Positions 25,401-36,180 of a stretch of DNA of 64,000 nucleotides are shown piece after piece. Source of the DNA: Bugula neritina (lineage: Eukaryota > Animalia > Bryozoa). The notes under the pieces are model-generated. The model was given only the letters and a program-made list of their open reading frames with translations. It ran no database searches and was not told where the DNA came from. Positions within the stretch are counted from its first letter, which is position 1. The number at the start of each line of letters is the position of its first letter. A program made the position numbers and the translations under genes. The stretch is from positions 26,626,343-26,690,342 of the forward strand of contig OZ037766.1 of assembly GCA_964035545.1 (NCBI GenBank), read 5' to 3'.

Positions 25401-28400
25401 GTTTTTGTCAAGTTGCGTATGTACTACAACAAAAGGCTGGTAGGATGTTGGTAATCCTTTCATAATCATTGCGATCACCAAATTGTCACTAATATTTTCC
25501 CCAGCAGACTTGAGGCCTGCTGAGTAGTTCTCAGCACGAATCAGGTAATCTGTAATGTCTTCTGTATCATTCATTTTTACAGTTGTAAGTTGTTCATAAA
25601 GAGTTAATACTCTAGGCTTTTGTGTACTTGCATAGTGTTCTTTTAGAATTTTGAATGCTTTCCGTCCATCGTCTTTGGCATCTCTCATCACAAGTTGAAG
25701 AGACTTTTCGTCTAAAACTTGTACAAGCTCAGCGTAAGCTCGCTTATTCTTTTTATTGAAGTCAGCAGCATCTTCTTCTCCTTCTTCTTTGGGTAGAAGT
25801 GCGGTGTGTACTCCTTCATCTTGTGTGTACAAGTATGAAGTGAATCTTGTTTCCCAAATTGAGAAACTGTTTGAATCACCATCAAAGAGAAGCCTGTGTT
25901 TGAAGCCACTGGGCCCATAACCTGTTGAATGTGTGGCCATTGTGTATAGTATTTATTATGAAATACGTTATTGATTGCTGATTTAAATTATCGAGCAAAC
26001 TGACTGACTGATTTAATTATTTGATAATAAAATATTTATTAGAATGAAAAACAGCGTGGTGGTTTTGTATAATATAAAACGGAAGAGAAGGGGGAAACAA
26101 GTATACAGCGGTTCTAGTAAAGCAATTAGTTAGCATATTGTCACGTGATTGTCATGAATGTGATTAGCGATAGGATCGCATGATTGTTTCTCAACAAGTA
26201 CCTATACTAATTATGATATATTGCAGCGCAATATCTATAATGAATTAGAATACATTACTGTGCAGTGCTTATAATAATTAGGTTGCATTGTTGTATAATG
26301 TTATGTAGGGCGAATTATTCATACATGCATAGTTAAAAAGTACCTTCACTTACGTCCACCTCTTATTTTTATTTCAATTTTGTATAAGATGTTACCAATA
26401 GCGATAGTAAATTTTTCTACACGGCTCGCATCTCATTGGAGTTGCCTCCTAATGGAATCAATTAGGTCGAACCTGTATAAACTTTCCTGGTCTGATGTGA
26501 AATGCAGATTATAGCTTTTGTGTTCTAATCTAATGAAATGAGTCACAATATTAGAATATAATGCATGCACTTTATTGTAAGCTTATGTTGAATTAGATGT
26601 CAAATGTACCAAGAGAAACAGTTCTACTATTCCGTGTATTAATATAGCGTTAGATGACTGTATAGAAATGTTTTGTGTTGGTTGTAGTTCTTTGTAGCCT
26701 CAGATCCACAAGTTAAAGATGATAATTTGTGGCACTTTAAATACTCACTTCGCAAGTCGATGATTCCATCGTTTTTATCGGCTGACATGGCGAGGAAGAT
26801 TATGTTAACCGGGAAGTCGGTTGTCTTTGTTCACCGAGTTTGCCACGACAATACTCTGCTGGAGAGACGGGAGAACGTGGAGAGAGCTCGGTATGTGTGC
26901 TGCAGCTCATAGATTAACATACAGTATGTGTGTGTATTCTTGCAACTACATGCCACTATACTTCAAGGTTTCTGTGTAGTGATTACTTTTTATGTCAACT
27001 TATCGTATATGATATATAAATTTTTACATATATCATATATATATAATATATATATATATAAGAAATATGTAAAAAAGAATATATATATATACAATTTAAT
27101 AATATAGTATGTAAATCAAATTGTATATATATAATAGACACTATAATGTTAATGTGTATATACAATATACAATGTATACTCTCATACTCGCTGCCACACA
27201 GGCTGACAGAAGGCAGCGCCATGTTCTCTCAAGACGAAGAGGACAGTTTCACAAACATGATAGATGTTGTGTATAAGGAGACGAGTAAACACCTCATGGA
27301 GGTTCTCTATACCAAGTATAACTTCATAAACCACCTCAAGGTATAATCTACACTCTAGTTTATCTTTCTATTGTGTGGCCTACTTAGCAATGCTGATATA
27401 TAATATAGTATTGTAGTTATATGTGTGATTGTATACTGGCTTAAACAAAATTGTAAAGTATTAATAGTTTGTTAGCAAGTTTTCCACTGGCATAAGTACT
27501 GACGGGTGTTTTCATTTTGGTCGGTAGACTAGCTGTTGGTAATCAACTCATGTGTTCATAATGTAGTAGGTAGGCTTTAGGATTTCTTCTCCAGGAGTGA
27601 TACTAAAACATAGCTTATACTATATTTTATTAAGCAGTTATATTTAGCTTACGTATAACTAAGTGCTATGATAATATGTGAACTATTACTTTGCATGAAT
27701 CTTAAATGCTAGCTGCTACTTCTGTTTAAGCTAAGTTTGCTGTGCTCTGGACTTTAGTATTTCACAAGGATTCAGTAACCTTTCCCCTTGGCTAAGTTTT
27801 CTACCCTAGAATAATGCATTTTTGCATTTCATGGTGAAGTTATAAGTAGACATTCTATATAATTTACATATAATAATAAACCAGCTACATGGTTCAGATT
27901 TGAAATTTAAAGTGCATTTGATTTGCCTACAATTTTAAAATTAAAGAAACTGCCTTATCTTATCACATCATTGTTTGTGTTACTTTAAATGCTACCAGAA
28001 CTGCTGTTGATGACCAAAATATTAAAACAAAGATTTTGCTTTACTTGATTTGAAATTGTATTTGTGATGAAACATTGTTAACCAATACTGTTACTAGGCA
28101 TAATATATGTGTGTATTAAAAGGTGAAAGCTAAGACCCTCTCAGTATACCTGGGGTCTATGTTCTTCACCTGTATTTTATTTTAAAAGAAATTATAAACT
28201 ACAAACAGCTTCAAATAAATGCTATGTCAAATTCAGTTCAAGTGTACTCTCTATTATCTCCTCGCGCTGATCAGCACCACAGTCCAACAAAGTTGGTACT
28301 AAATCAACTATATTTGATCTGCACAGGCAATGAGACGCTACCTGCTACTGGGTCAAGGTGATTTCATACAGCAATTGATGGACCTGCTGGTAACGGAACT

Positions 28401-29193
28401 GTCTAAAGACGCTAGCGCCCTCTATCTTCACAACCTTAATGGCATCCTGGAGACAGCCATACGGTCGACTAACGCTCAGTTTGAAGATAAAGACATCCTC
28501 AGCCGTCTGGATGTTCGGTTGCTTGAGATTTCTCCAGGTTGGCTCTTCCGTTTGTCTAATCAGGAATTTGTTAATCATAATTCTATTTATTCATACTTTA
28601 CTATCCCAGAGATTTGGTTCATGTCATTTGTTAATACTTTTCTTTCCTTTGTAATCTTGAATTCAATTAGCTTAAATTTGTTTTCCTATGTTCAATTTGA
28701 CTTCACTTTTAATAAAGTGTTACTTCTAGACTTCAGCAAATAAGCAAATTGGCTTGTTGCACCAGCTGAGTGTTGGAAATAAGTTGAGCTTGATTGTCTT
28801 TAGCTTTTCACATTTATATTTGCCTTTAGTAGTGAAAGTAGAAGGATGTGCAGTTTGCGCCATGGTACAAATTGAAATTTTACATAAATTACTGATTTTA
28901 GGTTATTGTAGAATTGCAATTATAAAAATGTGTATTGATTTTTATTGTGTGGAAATGCAAGAGAATATGGCAATTTTAGGTGATCTCGGATGGGATGTGT
29001 TTAGCCTTGACTATCGTACCAGGGGGCCCATATCTACCGTATTCACCTCTGACACCATGATATTTTACCTCAGGATATTCAACTTCCTTTGGAGGGCTAA
29101 GAGAATGGAGTACGCCTTGGCTAACCTTTGGAGACAGAAACAGCAGTACAGCAGGATGCTAAGGTAACACAACTCCAGCTACTACTTCACTAG

Positions 29194-29267
<74 letters not shown>

Positions 29268-29376
29268 GCTACTACTACTATTACTACTACTACTATTACT
29301 ACTGCTACTTCACTAGCTACTGCTACTACTACTATTACTACTGCTACTTCACTAGCTACTGCTACTGCTGCTGCTG

Positions 29377-29423
<47 letters not shown>

Positions 29424-29430
29424 GCTGCTG

Positions 29431-29462
<32 letters not shown>

Positions 29463-29466
29463 ACTG

Positions 29467-29508
<42 letters not shown>

Positions 29509-29550
29509 TTAATACTGCTGCTACTGCTACTTCATTAGCTACTACTACTG

Positions 29551-29621
<71 letters not shown>

Positions 29622-29637
29622 GCTACTGCTACTACTA

Positions 29638-29669
<32 letters not shown>

Positions 29670-32600
29670 ACTACTACTGCTGCTGCTGTTGCCCATAATT
29701 CCACCACTACTAGTCTGCTCCATCTTACAGGGGGATGACCGAGTTAGATGACCTCTTACACTCTGCTCATATCATAGCCTCAGAGATGATTCATTTTACT
29801 CAGCAAATTGGCTACTTCATTAACTTTGAGGTGATTATATGACTGCACTTCATATGCATATCACGCCATATTCTGTGATACCATGTTGGGTTATTATGCT
29901 CTTTATTATATAATCTATAGTTATAAATATTAATACAGTATTGCGTTTTGCTATGGTAGATCTTTACATATATCTTACTTTAATATTCACATGTCATATA
30001 AATTGTAAATTACCATAAAAGTTGTGAGAGCTGGGAAATCAATTATATAAGCTCTGTAGTTTTTACCTTTGACAAGAATTTAGTCATGTGATCAATGGTA
30101 AGGTCATATGATTCTTCGCCATAGTCATTGTTTAATTTAAAAAGTTGATTTCTTGCCCAATTTTTGATTGTTTAAAATGTTGTTATCTCCTAAGCCAGAT
30201 TAGTTGAAATAGCCTCAGCCCATAGTGTGTTTTGCCTTCTAAAATAGCTTGTAAAACACGCCTCACACTAAACATTCAGATGTATTTATTTTTCGAGCCA
30301 TTAGTGCTATTTGTGCTCTACTTTGTTTGGTGTTATAATTAATGTCCTCACTATTAATAAAGGTCGGTGTAGTTAGAGAATAAATTGCAATAACTTTATG
30401 TGAAAGAACTAAAATTATTTAATTGATTGTATGCCTTGGAGTTGTCTTCTTCATAATGTTTAAACTATTTATCTATTTTATTTACACTACATAGATCAAC
30501 CATTTGGTATCATTAGCTGCTATATAACATCTTACTTACTGTTATAATAATGCTATTTATAGTTTATGTTGCATGTTCAGCATCCATATTGTTTCAATAT
30601 TTATATTGTTTTTAATACTTTTTGTTTTATCATAACTATGTTTATTTATATGTATATATCATATTTATACTTTTGCTATGTCACCCATGTATTTCAGGTG
30701 ATAGAGTGCGCGTGGGATGACCTGCTACACAAGGTCAACCAGGCTGAAGATTTGGATCATATAATTGCAGCTCATCAACAGTTCTTAGATAGTATCATGA
30801 CCAGGTGCCTTATGGATGAAGAACATAGGGTTGGTATTGTAGCTGCACATACTACGTAAGGCTGGTGTTGTATTGGTACACTGAATACACAGTACTGTAT
30901 CTCTAAGCACTATACGGGGTGTATCTTTCTACAGCCGGTGTTCTCCCAGCTGCGGACCATATTTGACCTCATCATCAAGTATCAGCAGATACTGGAGGGA
31001 TTCTTGGAGAAGGCTTCGAGAGAGAACGAATACCGAGTGGAGTACATGAGAAATGCTGCCAGAAGGGACAGTCAGGTAAGGCTATCTTAAGATGTTTATA
31101 TAAACTCTTCATACTGGTGCGTGTAAACCATCGTCAAAAATGTGGTTTTTGCTGGTAAATTTGTTATAAAGCCCGGTTGTATGAGCATACGACTCTGAAA
31201 CTGCATTTACCAGATGGCTAAGATATTTCTAAATGTTTTAATAGTCATAAATGTAACTGGGCAGTCAGGCTTTGAAAACGCATACAATTGGAGGCGACAA
31301 CTTTAAATAATGCAGTAATGCGCACGATTGATTTGCTATCAACAATATGAAAAGGGCTATTGTTTAGTTAGAAATAATCTTAAACGCGTGCATGAAGCCG
31401 CCATAGCTCAGTGGTTAGAGCGCCTGTCTAGTAAACAGGAGGTCATGAGTTCGATCCTCATTGGTGGCTGATATTTTTGCTTTTATTTTAAATTCCGAAT
31501 TCAAATAAATAAAATATTTTTTTCCAAGTCCACAGTGTTATCTAACACTTCAAGCTCTTTTTGTATTATTTGCCACTTGATGGTTCTAACCAACATACTA
31601 GTTTTTTGCGGGTAAAAATATACTGTCATTGGTACGAATATTAATTTTGCTAATGTTTCATGTCAATGTTGCTCTACAATAACATAGAATTGAGTTCCAT
31701 GGTACATACCGTTTTATGTTAGGTAGATTTAGTAAAGCTCAAACATTTATTTGATGCAATATATTACCGCCATAGGATATGTTAGCTAAGCAGTTAGCTC
31801 TCTGCATTGTGATGAAACTTTGCATCTTTATTTTTATTCGTATTTTACAGTTTTGATAGATGAATAAATTATTGTGAGATACAGGGCATTGCAAACTTAT
31901 TTACAGCTCAAACATCATAATAGTTTTACACTGTAGTGTAGTTACTTTCCTTATCCTTTCTCTGCTGAGTGGAGATACAAATGAAATGCAGTTGAATCAG
32001 TTCATAGCGGCCATGTTTTATGTTCCGCTGCTTCGCCGTTCAGCACGCTGCTGGGTTTCTCTAGCACAAGAAGGGTTTCATTTCTGTTGCAGTCTGAATG
32101 GGCGACAACAGAGGAACGTGAAGCTGCCGAGAAAGAAAGGCGGACAGAATTTGTTCAGCTGACGTTAAAGCAGACTCGCAGTCAGCTGAAAGTTCTCGCT
32201 CAGACATATCAGGTGATTTTCCGCAGATTTCCTCTCTTCTCTTAACATCAGTTTCAAGTTAGAAGGATCTAAAATTTGTATTGCTACATATACGTTCTTT
32301 TTAAAGAAAAAAATCATTTTCAATAAATTTAACGTATATTTTTTTGCGAAAGTTATGTTATGGCAATATTAGTGCTGACTGTACTAATACTCTTCTCTGA
32401 TTTCTGCCCTGTTCCATAGGGCATGGTCACTAAGTTCCTGGTGATGCTGGCCACACAGACAGACGATAAATTGCAGGCTCTCAGGTTTAGACTCGACTTT
32501 AATGAGTATTACCAACAGAAGGAGCCATTCCTGGCCAGTCCTCAGGTGAGTGCCGTGCTAATATCTAGTATTCACTGCGGCACTGCTGTGTGATAGGTTG

Positions 32601-34421
32601 GTGTGTGACAGTGTGGTAGGTTGTTGTGTGACAGTGTACTAGGTTGATTATGTGACAGTGTGCTAGGTTGGTGTGTGACAGTGTGCCAGGTTGGTGTGTG
32701 ACAGTGCGCTAGGTTAGTGTGTGACAGTGTGCTAGGTTGGTGTGTGACAGTGTGCTAGGTTCATGTGTGACAGTGTGCTAGGTTGGTGTGTGACAGTGTG
32801 CTAGGTTGTTGTGTGACAGTGTGCTAGGTTGTTGTGTGACAGTGTGCTAGGTTGGTGTGTGACAGTGTGCTAGGTTGTTGTGTGACAGTGTGCTAGGTTG
32901 TTGTGTGACAGTGTGCTAGGTTGGTGTGTGACAGTGTGCCAGGTTGTTGTGTGACAGTGTGCTAGGTTGTTGTGTGACAGTGTGCTAGGTTGGTGTGTGA
33001 CAGTGTGCCAGGTTGGTGTGTGACAGTGCGCTAGGTTGTTGTGTGACAGTGTGCTAGGTTGGTGTGTGACAGTGTGCTAGGTTGTTGTGTGACAGTGTAA
33101 TAGGTTGATTATGTGACAGTGTGCTAGGTTGGTGTGTGACAGTGTGCCAGGTTGGTGTGTGACAGTGCGCTAGGTTAGTGTGTGACAGTGTGCTAGGTTG
33201 GTGTGTGACAATGTGCTAGGTTGGTGTGTGACAGTGTGCTAGGTTGGTGTGTGACAGTGTGCTAGGTTGGTGTGTGACAGTGTGCTAGGTTGGTGTGTGA
33301 CAGTGTGCTAGGTTGGTGTGTGACAGTGTGCTAGGTTGGTATGTGACAGTGTGCTAGGTTGGTGTGTGACAGTGTGCTAGGTTGGTGTGTGACAGTGTGC
33401 TAGGTTGGTGTGTGACAGTGTGCTAGGTTGGTATGCTGCTATTTAAATATGCTTAGTATTAGCTTAGAAATGAGTTAAAGTTTTGGTGGAGTTTAAACTT
33501 GTTTATACAAATCATACGTAGTTTGACTGCACCTTCGGCTAACAGTAAATAGCATGAAGCTGTGTTTGATGTTAGACAGTTCTGGTCATGATGAGCATTT
33601 AGAACTAAACTTGTGTCATCAACAGCATGCTCAAGTCTTGATACAAGTAATGTGAAGTAAAAAAACCGTTTATTTTGTCAAGTTCCAAACACCGACATGT
33701 GTTCTGTGGTATTTAGTACAGTATTGCAAGGCGGAATTCTTTTATAGCATCATTTCAGTCTGCAGTTAATTGGAACAGTTACTCCTTGCAGTTATCAGCA
33801 TTTAATTATTACTTTCCATATTAAATGTCTTACTCAAAGGGAGTGTTAAATCACACCAATTATATTCTCCGTACGACTAGTATGTTTTTCACTGCCAATA
33901 CATGACGTGTAGAGCAATGCTCTGTATTGAGTGGGTTTCGGTCTTAGTGAAGCTCAGCCCAGTTGACTTGCTGAAAGCTTTTTCAGACTAGTCACAACTT
34001 TATTTTGTAAGCAACAAGCTTGCAGTTTACATCACACTAAAGCTAAATAATTAGTCCAACAAATTTTAATGCTATTCAACTCTGGAATGATTTCAATCTT
34101 AGTGGAAGTGGTTTGATGTCAGTGAAAACATTGTCTATTAAATTACTCAAATTAATTTGTATGGTAGTATTTTTCGCTGTGTTGTATTTTGAATAGTTGT
34201 TCAAAATATTAGCAGTAGAACTAAAAAATGTAGGGGGGTTATTTCAGTGGTTTTTTTTCAAGCTTTTCTCTGGCCACTTTTTGCTCAAATAAAATGTTTT
34301 TTAGGTACTAAAGAAAAATAAGCCCCCTACTGCTTCACTTTTACCTGGAGATACTGTGATGCAACCAGTAGGTGGTCTGATTGGCTTACTTGGTGGGCGT
34401 GTTCCAGATAACACAATGTAG
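16476..34421 (+). CDS. TUBGCP3: Gamma-tubulin complex component 3 (Spc98), ~21 coding exons
   Basis: Start [11 protein letters not shown] at 16476. Exons contain [133 protein letters not shown]. Terminal exon uncertain: 34305-34421 preferred, 33717-33824 possible. Confidence 0.95.
19862..19932. repeat. 24-bp minisatellite x3 (ctccaagtatgacttggtacagt-), internally palindromic
   Basis: Three tandem copies; ccaagt...acttgg hairpin in each. Confidence 0.85.
20840..20995. repeat. 24-bp minisatellite (gcactgtagcggtacataagataa) x~6
   Basis: Visible periodicity; explains the repetitive [25 protein letters not shown]. Confidence 0.9.
21553..21826 (-). repeat. Copia 3' LTR
   Basis: tgttga...tcaaca, direct repeat of 25923-26196. 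Confidence 0.97.
21834..25940 (-). CDS. Copia Gag-Pol polyprotein (1368 aa, uninterrupted)
   Basis: Two CCHC knuckles ([28 protein letters not shown]), protease VDCGATSH, integrase HHCC + DDE (HSDLCGP, TDNGMEY, NGKSER), RT ([21 protein letters not shown]), RNase H ([21 protein letters not shown]). Copia domain order. Confidence 0.98.
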   Translation of the reverse strand: MATHSTGYGPSGFKHRLLFDGDSNSFSIWETRFTSYLYTQDEGVHTALLPKEEGEEDAADFNKKNKRAYAELVQVLDEKSLQLVMRDAKDDGRKAFKILKEHYASTQKPRVLTLYEQLTTVKMNDTEDITDYLIRAENYSAGLKSAGENISDNLVIAMIMKGLPTSYQPFVVVHTQLDKNQTLSEFKAALTNFDLTESARCSQSTAMVFKGRDNFKPTSKRDRQCTACGKSNHSTTDCYSKHKLFCNYCKKAGHIESVCRTKKKTSKTEISSANATYAFTVNTSNQCNIATQNKSQRGQLLMVDCGATSHLVNNENNFISFDKSFTPENHYIEMADGRKTNKLAVAKGTAQFTITDDNNMEQQIHLKDALLAPTIPTSLFSVHAATQKGAKVHFSREKNILTVDRTTFPIMPKDRLYFLKTTHTGDSMNTAKSLPDWHRALGHMNTNDIIELEKVTTGMTITGAKLKIACKTCDESKITKQPHKQDDKPELATQPLQRVHSDLCGPITPTARGGQNYIINFIDEFSSMLFTYNIRHKSDATTALKQFIADVAPIGDVKEIHTDNGMEYLGQPFEAVLRERGIKHTTTAPYSSYQNGKSERTWRTIMDTARCLLKDSNLPKTFWSFAADHAKYLRNRSYQRRTRKTAYELFTGTLPDMRKIHNFGSQCTFYSEGNKLKLSDRGQSGIYLGVNTKAQGYLILTPNQKIVTSRNVIPQICGNDAMNVIPQGPAQNSRNGTHNTMSQEPAQICGNDAMNVIPQGPAQNSRNGTQNTMPQEPAQICGNDAMNVMPQGPALNSRNGTQNTMPQEPAPDPAKATNQPGPRKSERKRKPPTYLQDYDIEDTDYACSLMANIPQSYQEAVNSKDKEAWKKAMDKEINTLRDSNTWSIQPLPEDRTETKGRWVYTLKQGKTPGETQHKARYVAKGFSQIQGVDYEETYSPTTRFTSIRLLLQKAANENMKIHQLDVKGAYLNAPIDKEIYLQQPEGYEETNKQGKLSCRLNKSIYGLKQSGRNWHQTLTTFLKEQGFTPGAGDPCLYSKEDPSDKSANIIILFWVDDILLCCRDNNRITQTKSMMQQKFNMDDRGELSWFLGIDFRRHEDQYTMSQERYIDTLLNTYNMADCNPVYSPAEKDLQLEKATDDKYERSKDYPYRQVIGSLIYLMTATRPDLAWIIGKLSQHLERPGPAHIAALKRLLRYLKGTKGFNLRFTPNQQELVGYVDADWGGETSTRRSTTGYVFTLGGAPISWNSRRQPTVALSSCEAEYMALAEATKEMLFLQTLCKTFKMKQPNPNTLFTDNLGAIALTKGQPYSHQRSKHIDIRFHFVREQTTIAYQHIRGAENPADVMTKSLPKTNHRIALKLLAIESHA
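25923..26196 (-). repeat. Copia 5' LTR (contains the gag ATG)
   Basis: Direct repeat of 21553-21826. ATG at 25940-25938 lies inside it. Confidence 0.97.
29177..29712. repeat. Long (CTA)n/(CTG)n trinucleotide microsatellite filling a TUBGCP3 intron
   Basis: ~530 bp of cta/ctg triplets inside intron 29164-29729. Confidence 0.97.
31397..31469 (+). tRNA. tRNA-Thr(AGT), intronic in TUBGCP3
   Basis: Acceptor stem GCCGCCA/TGGTGGC, D arm GCTC..GAGC, anticodon arm CCTGT-CTAGTAA-ACAGG, T loop GTTCGATC, downstream TTTTT Pol III terminator. Confidence 0.95.
32590..33432. repeat. 23-bp minisatellite (gtgtgctaggttggtgtgtgaca) x~36
   Basis: Head-to-tail units with no unique spacers, in a 3' intron of TUBGCP3. 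Confidence 0.97.
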
Positions 34422-36180
34422 TTGAAACATTATTGTTGTAAATAGAGGAGAAAACTTCTAATAAATTTCTATGACTGGCGTACAACAGTACAGATTTCTC
34501 TATGCAGCAGGGCAGTTGAATATCTCAATGAAAATAGTCAAGGGTTGATCATGCAAGCGGCTTTCTTTTGTACATAATTTTGGTAGCTCTAGGAAAAACT
34601 GTTAGCAAATTCATTAACCCAAATTACACAGAAATTTCTGTAATTTTATTGAATTTTTAAACACTAGAAATTTCAACAACTGTTTTTAACTTTCTATATC
34701 CACATTTTACTTTAGACTGTTGGCATTTGGCTGCATTGTAGTTTTAGTATGATAGATCAAACTGTGGGTGTGCCTGGGTTTTTATTTCAAGCAAGTTAAT
34801 GTGTTGTAACTCCTATTTTAATGTGAATTTCATCTGGGTTGTATATCAATAAATTATAAAATATAAAATACAAACTGAGTAAATAATGTTATATTCCATC
34901 ACATCACATAAGGCATCGGGACTGCATTAGTAATTTGAATCACTAGAAAGTCAGAGATTTTTCTAACATGCCTAATATTGAATTTTTTAATGTTTTAAAT
35001 AAAAATATAGAAGCTTAAATAGCAGGACCTTTATTAGTGATATATTTTACATCTATATAAACCAAGCAAGCTGTAACTGGCTGAATAATTTGGTGAACTA
35101 GACATGTTGTAACAAAAGTAGGTCTAAAGATATGCATTTATTGTTGAACAATACTTGTTGGGTTTCAGGATTTATTAAGCTGAAGTAAAGCTAGCTTTAT
35201 GGAAATATACAGCTAGTAAAATATGTTTATATACAGCAATAATGCTTGGCTGAAGCGTGACTAAACAATTCTATCATTATTACAACGAGAAGATCGTCAG
35301 CTTTCCTTTAAGCTTTGAAATGAAACATTTTATAAATGAATAGCATACCATAGAAGCTATCATCTTTGTCAAGTGCGGAAATACTTATAAGAATGAAAAC
35401 CCTCAGGTAGCTTGTGAACACCCCTTTAGCCAATAGTTTTTCTTAAACTCCAACTAACAAATTATATATTATTTTGGTCGACTGCAGTCAAGAAAGTTTT
35501 TTAAAATTATTTGTTTATAATGTGTAGTTTAGAGAAAAATCATTATACTTAGCTACAAATAAATAAAAAGTAGTTCTAAATTCATAAACTACTAATTCAA
35601 CATGGCTCTAAGCAAAGAATTATATTTGGTCATCTTGCATAGACATTTACATATAAACTTAATAGGAAAGTCCGTAAAAAAAGTATTTTAGCATATATAT
35701 AAACTTAAAAGTTGAAATTTTCTAAAAGTTTAATACAACTTCTGATTTCGTTATATATATATAGAGCTTCACAAAACAAAGTTTCAGCACTTGAAAATTT
35801 AACAATCTTCCATCTCCTTTATTTTCATGGATTTGCTGTACGCGTATGTTTTACCCTTAAGCAGAATAGAAACCATGTTGTAATTTGCAAGCAGTTGCCT
35901 TCTCATGAAAGCTACCTTGTTTCCTAGAAGCTATCAGCTATATGACAAATAGATAGCCTATGCTCTTAGTACTACAAGCTATATTGGTAAACCTCACAAC
36001 TGAACTATGAAGCTAATAGCTGAAAGATTAAAAATTAGATACTATAAATATAAGTAATGTAGATAAGAAAATATAGTTTTTATACAAAAATCGTTGACTG
36101 CAGTGAATTTACTATAACACAAACTAATATTGAATATCTGGCTGGAATAAATATACATGTTCTCTTCGCCTCACCAAATA

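Larger units (their letters stand above)
21553..26196 (-). mobile_element. Full-length Ty1/copia LTR retrotransposon (Hemivirus-type PBS), antisense in a TUBGCP3 intron
   Basis: 274-bp TG..CA LTRs at 21553-21826 and 25923-26196 with 2 mismatches seen. 5-bp TSD AGTAC at 21548-21552 and 26197-26201. PBS GGTTATGGGCCCAG next to the 5' LTR; PPT GAGGGGGCG next to the 3' LTR. Confidence 0.98.

Noticed and set aside
22024-25918. Small overlapping and antisense ORFs inside the copia element
   Set aside because: Shadow ORFs of the Gag-Pol frame, without motifs.
29159-29723. Poly-Val/Ala and poly-Ser ORFs on the minus strand
   Set aside because: By-products of the CTA/CTG microsatellite inside a TUBGCP3 intron.
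32590-33432. CRISPR-like or telomeric array
   Set aside because: Units are contiguous with no unique spacers, there are no cas genes, the context is a eukaryotic intron, and the unit is not TTAGG/TTAGGG.
34338-34380. U1 snRNA-like 5' end (ttacctgg.agatac); also taccatgattacg at ~15702
   Set aside because: Similarity is short, no U1 stem-loops or Sm site follow, and the first lies in the probable last TUBGCP3 exon.
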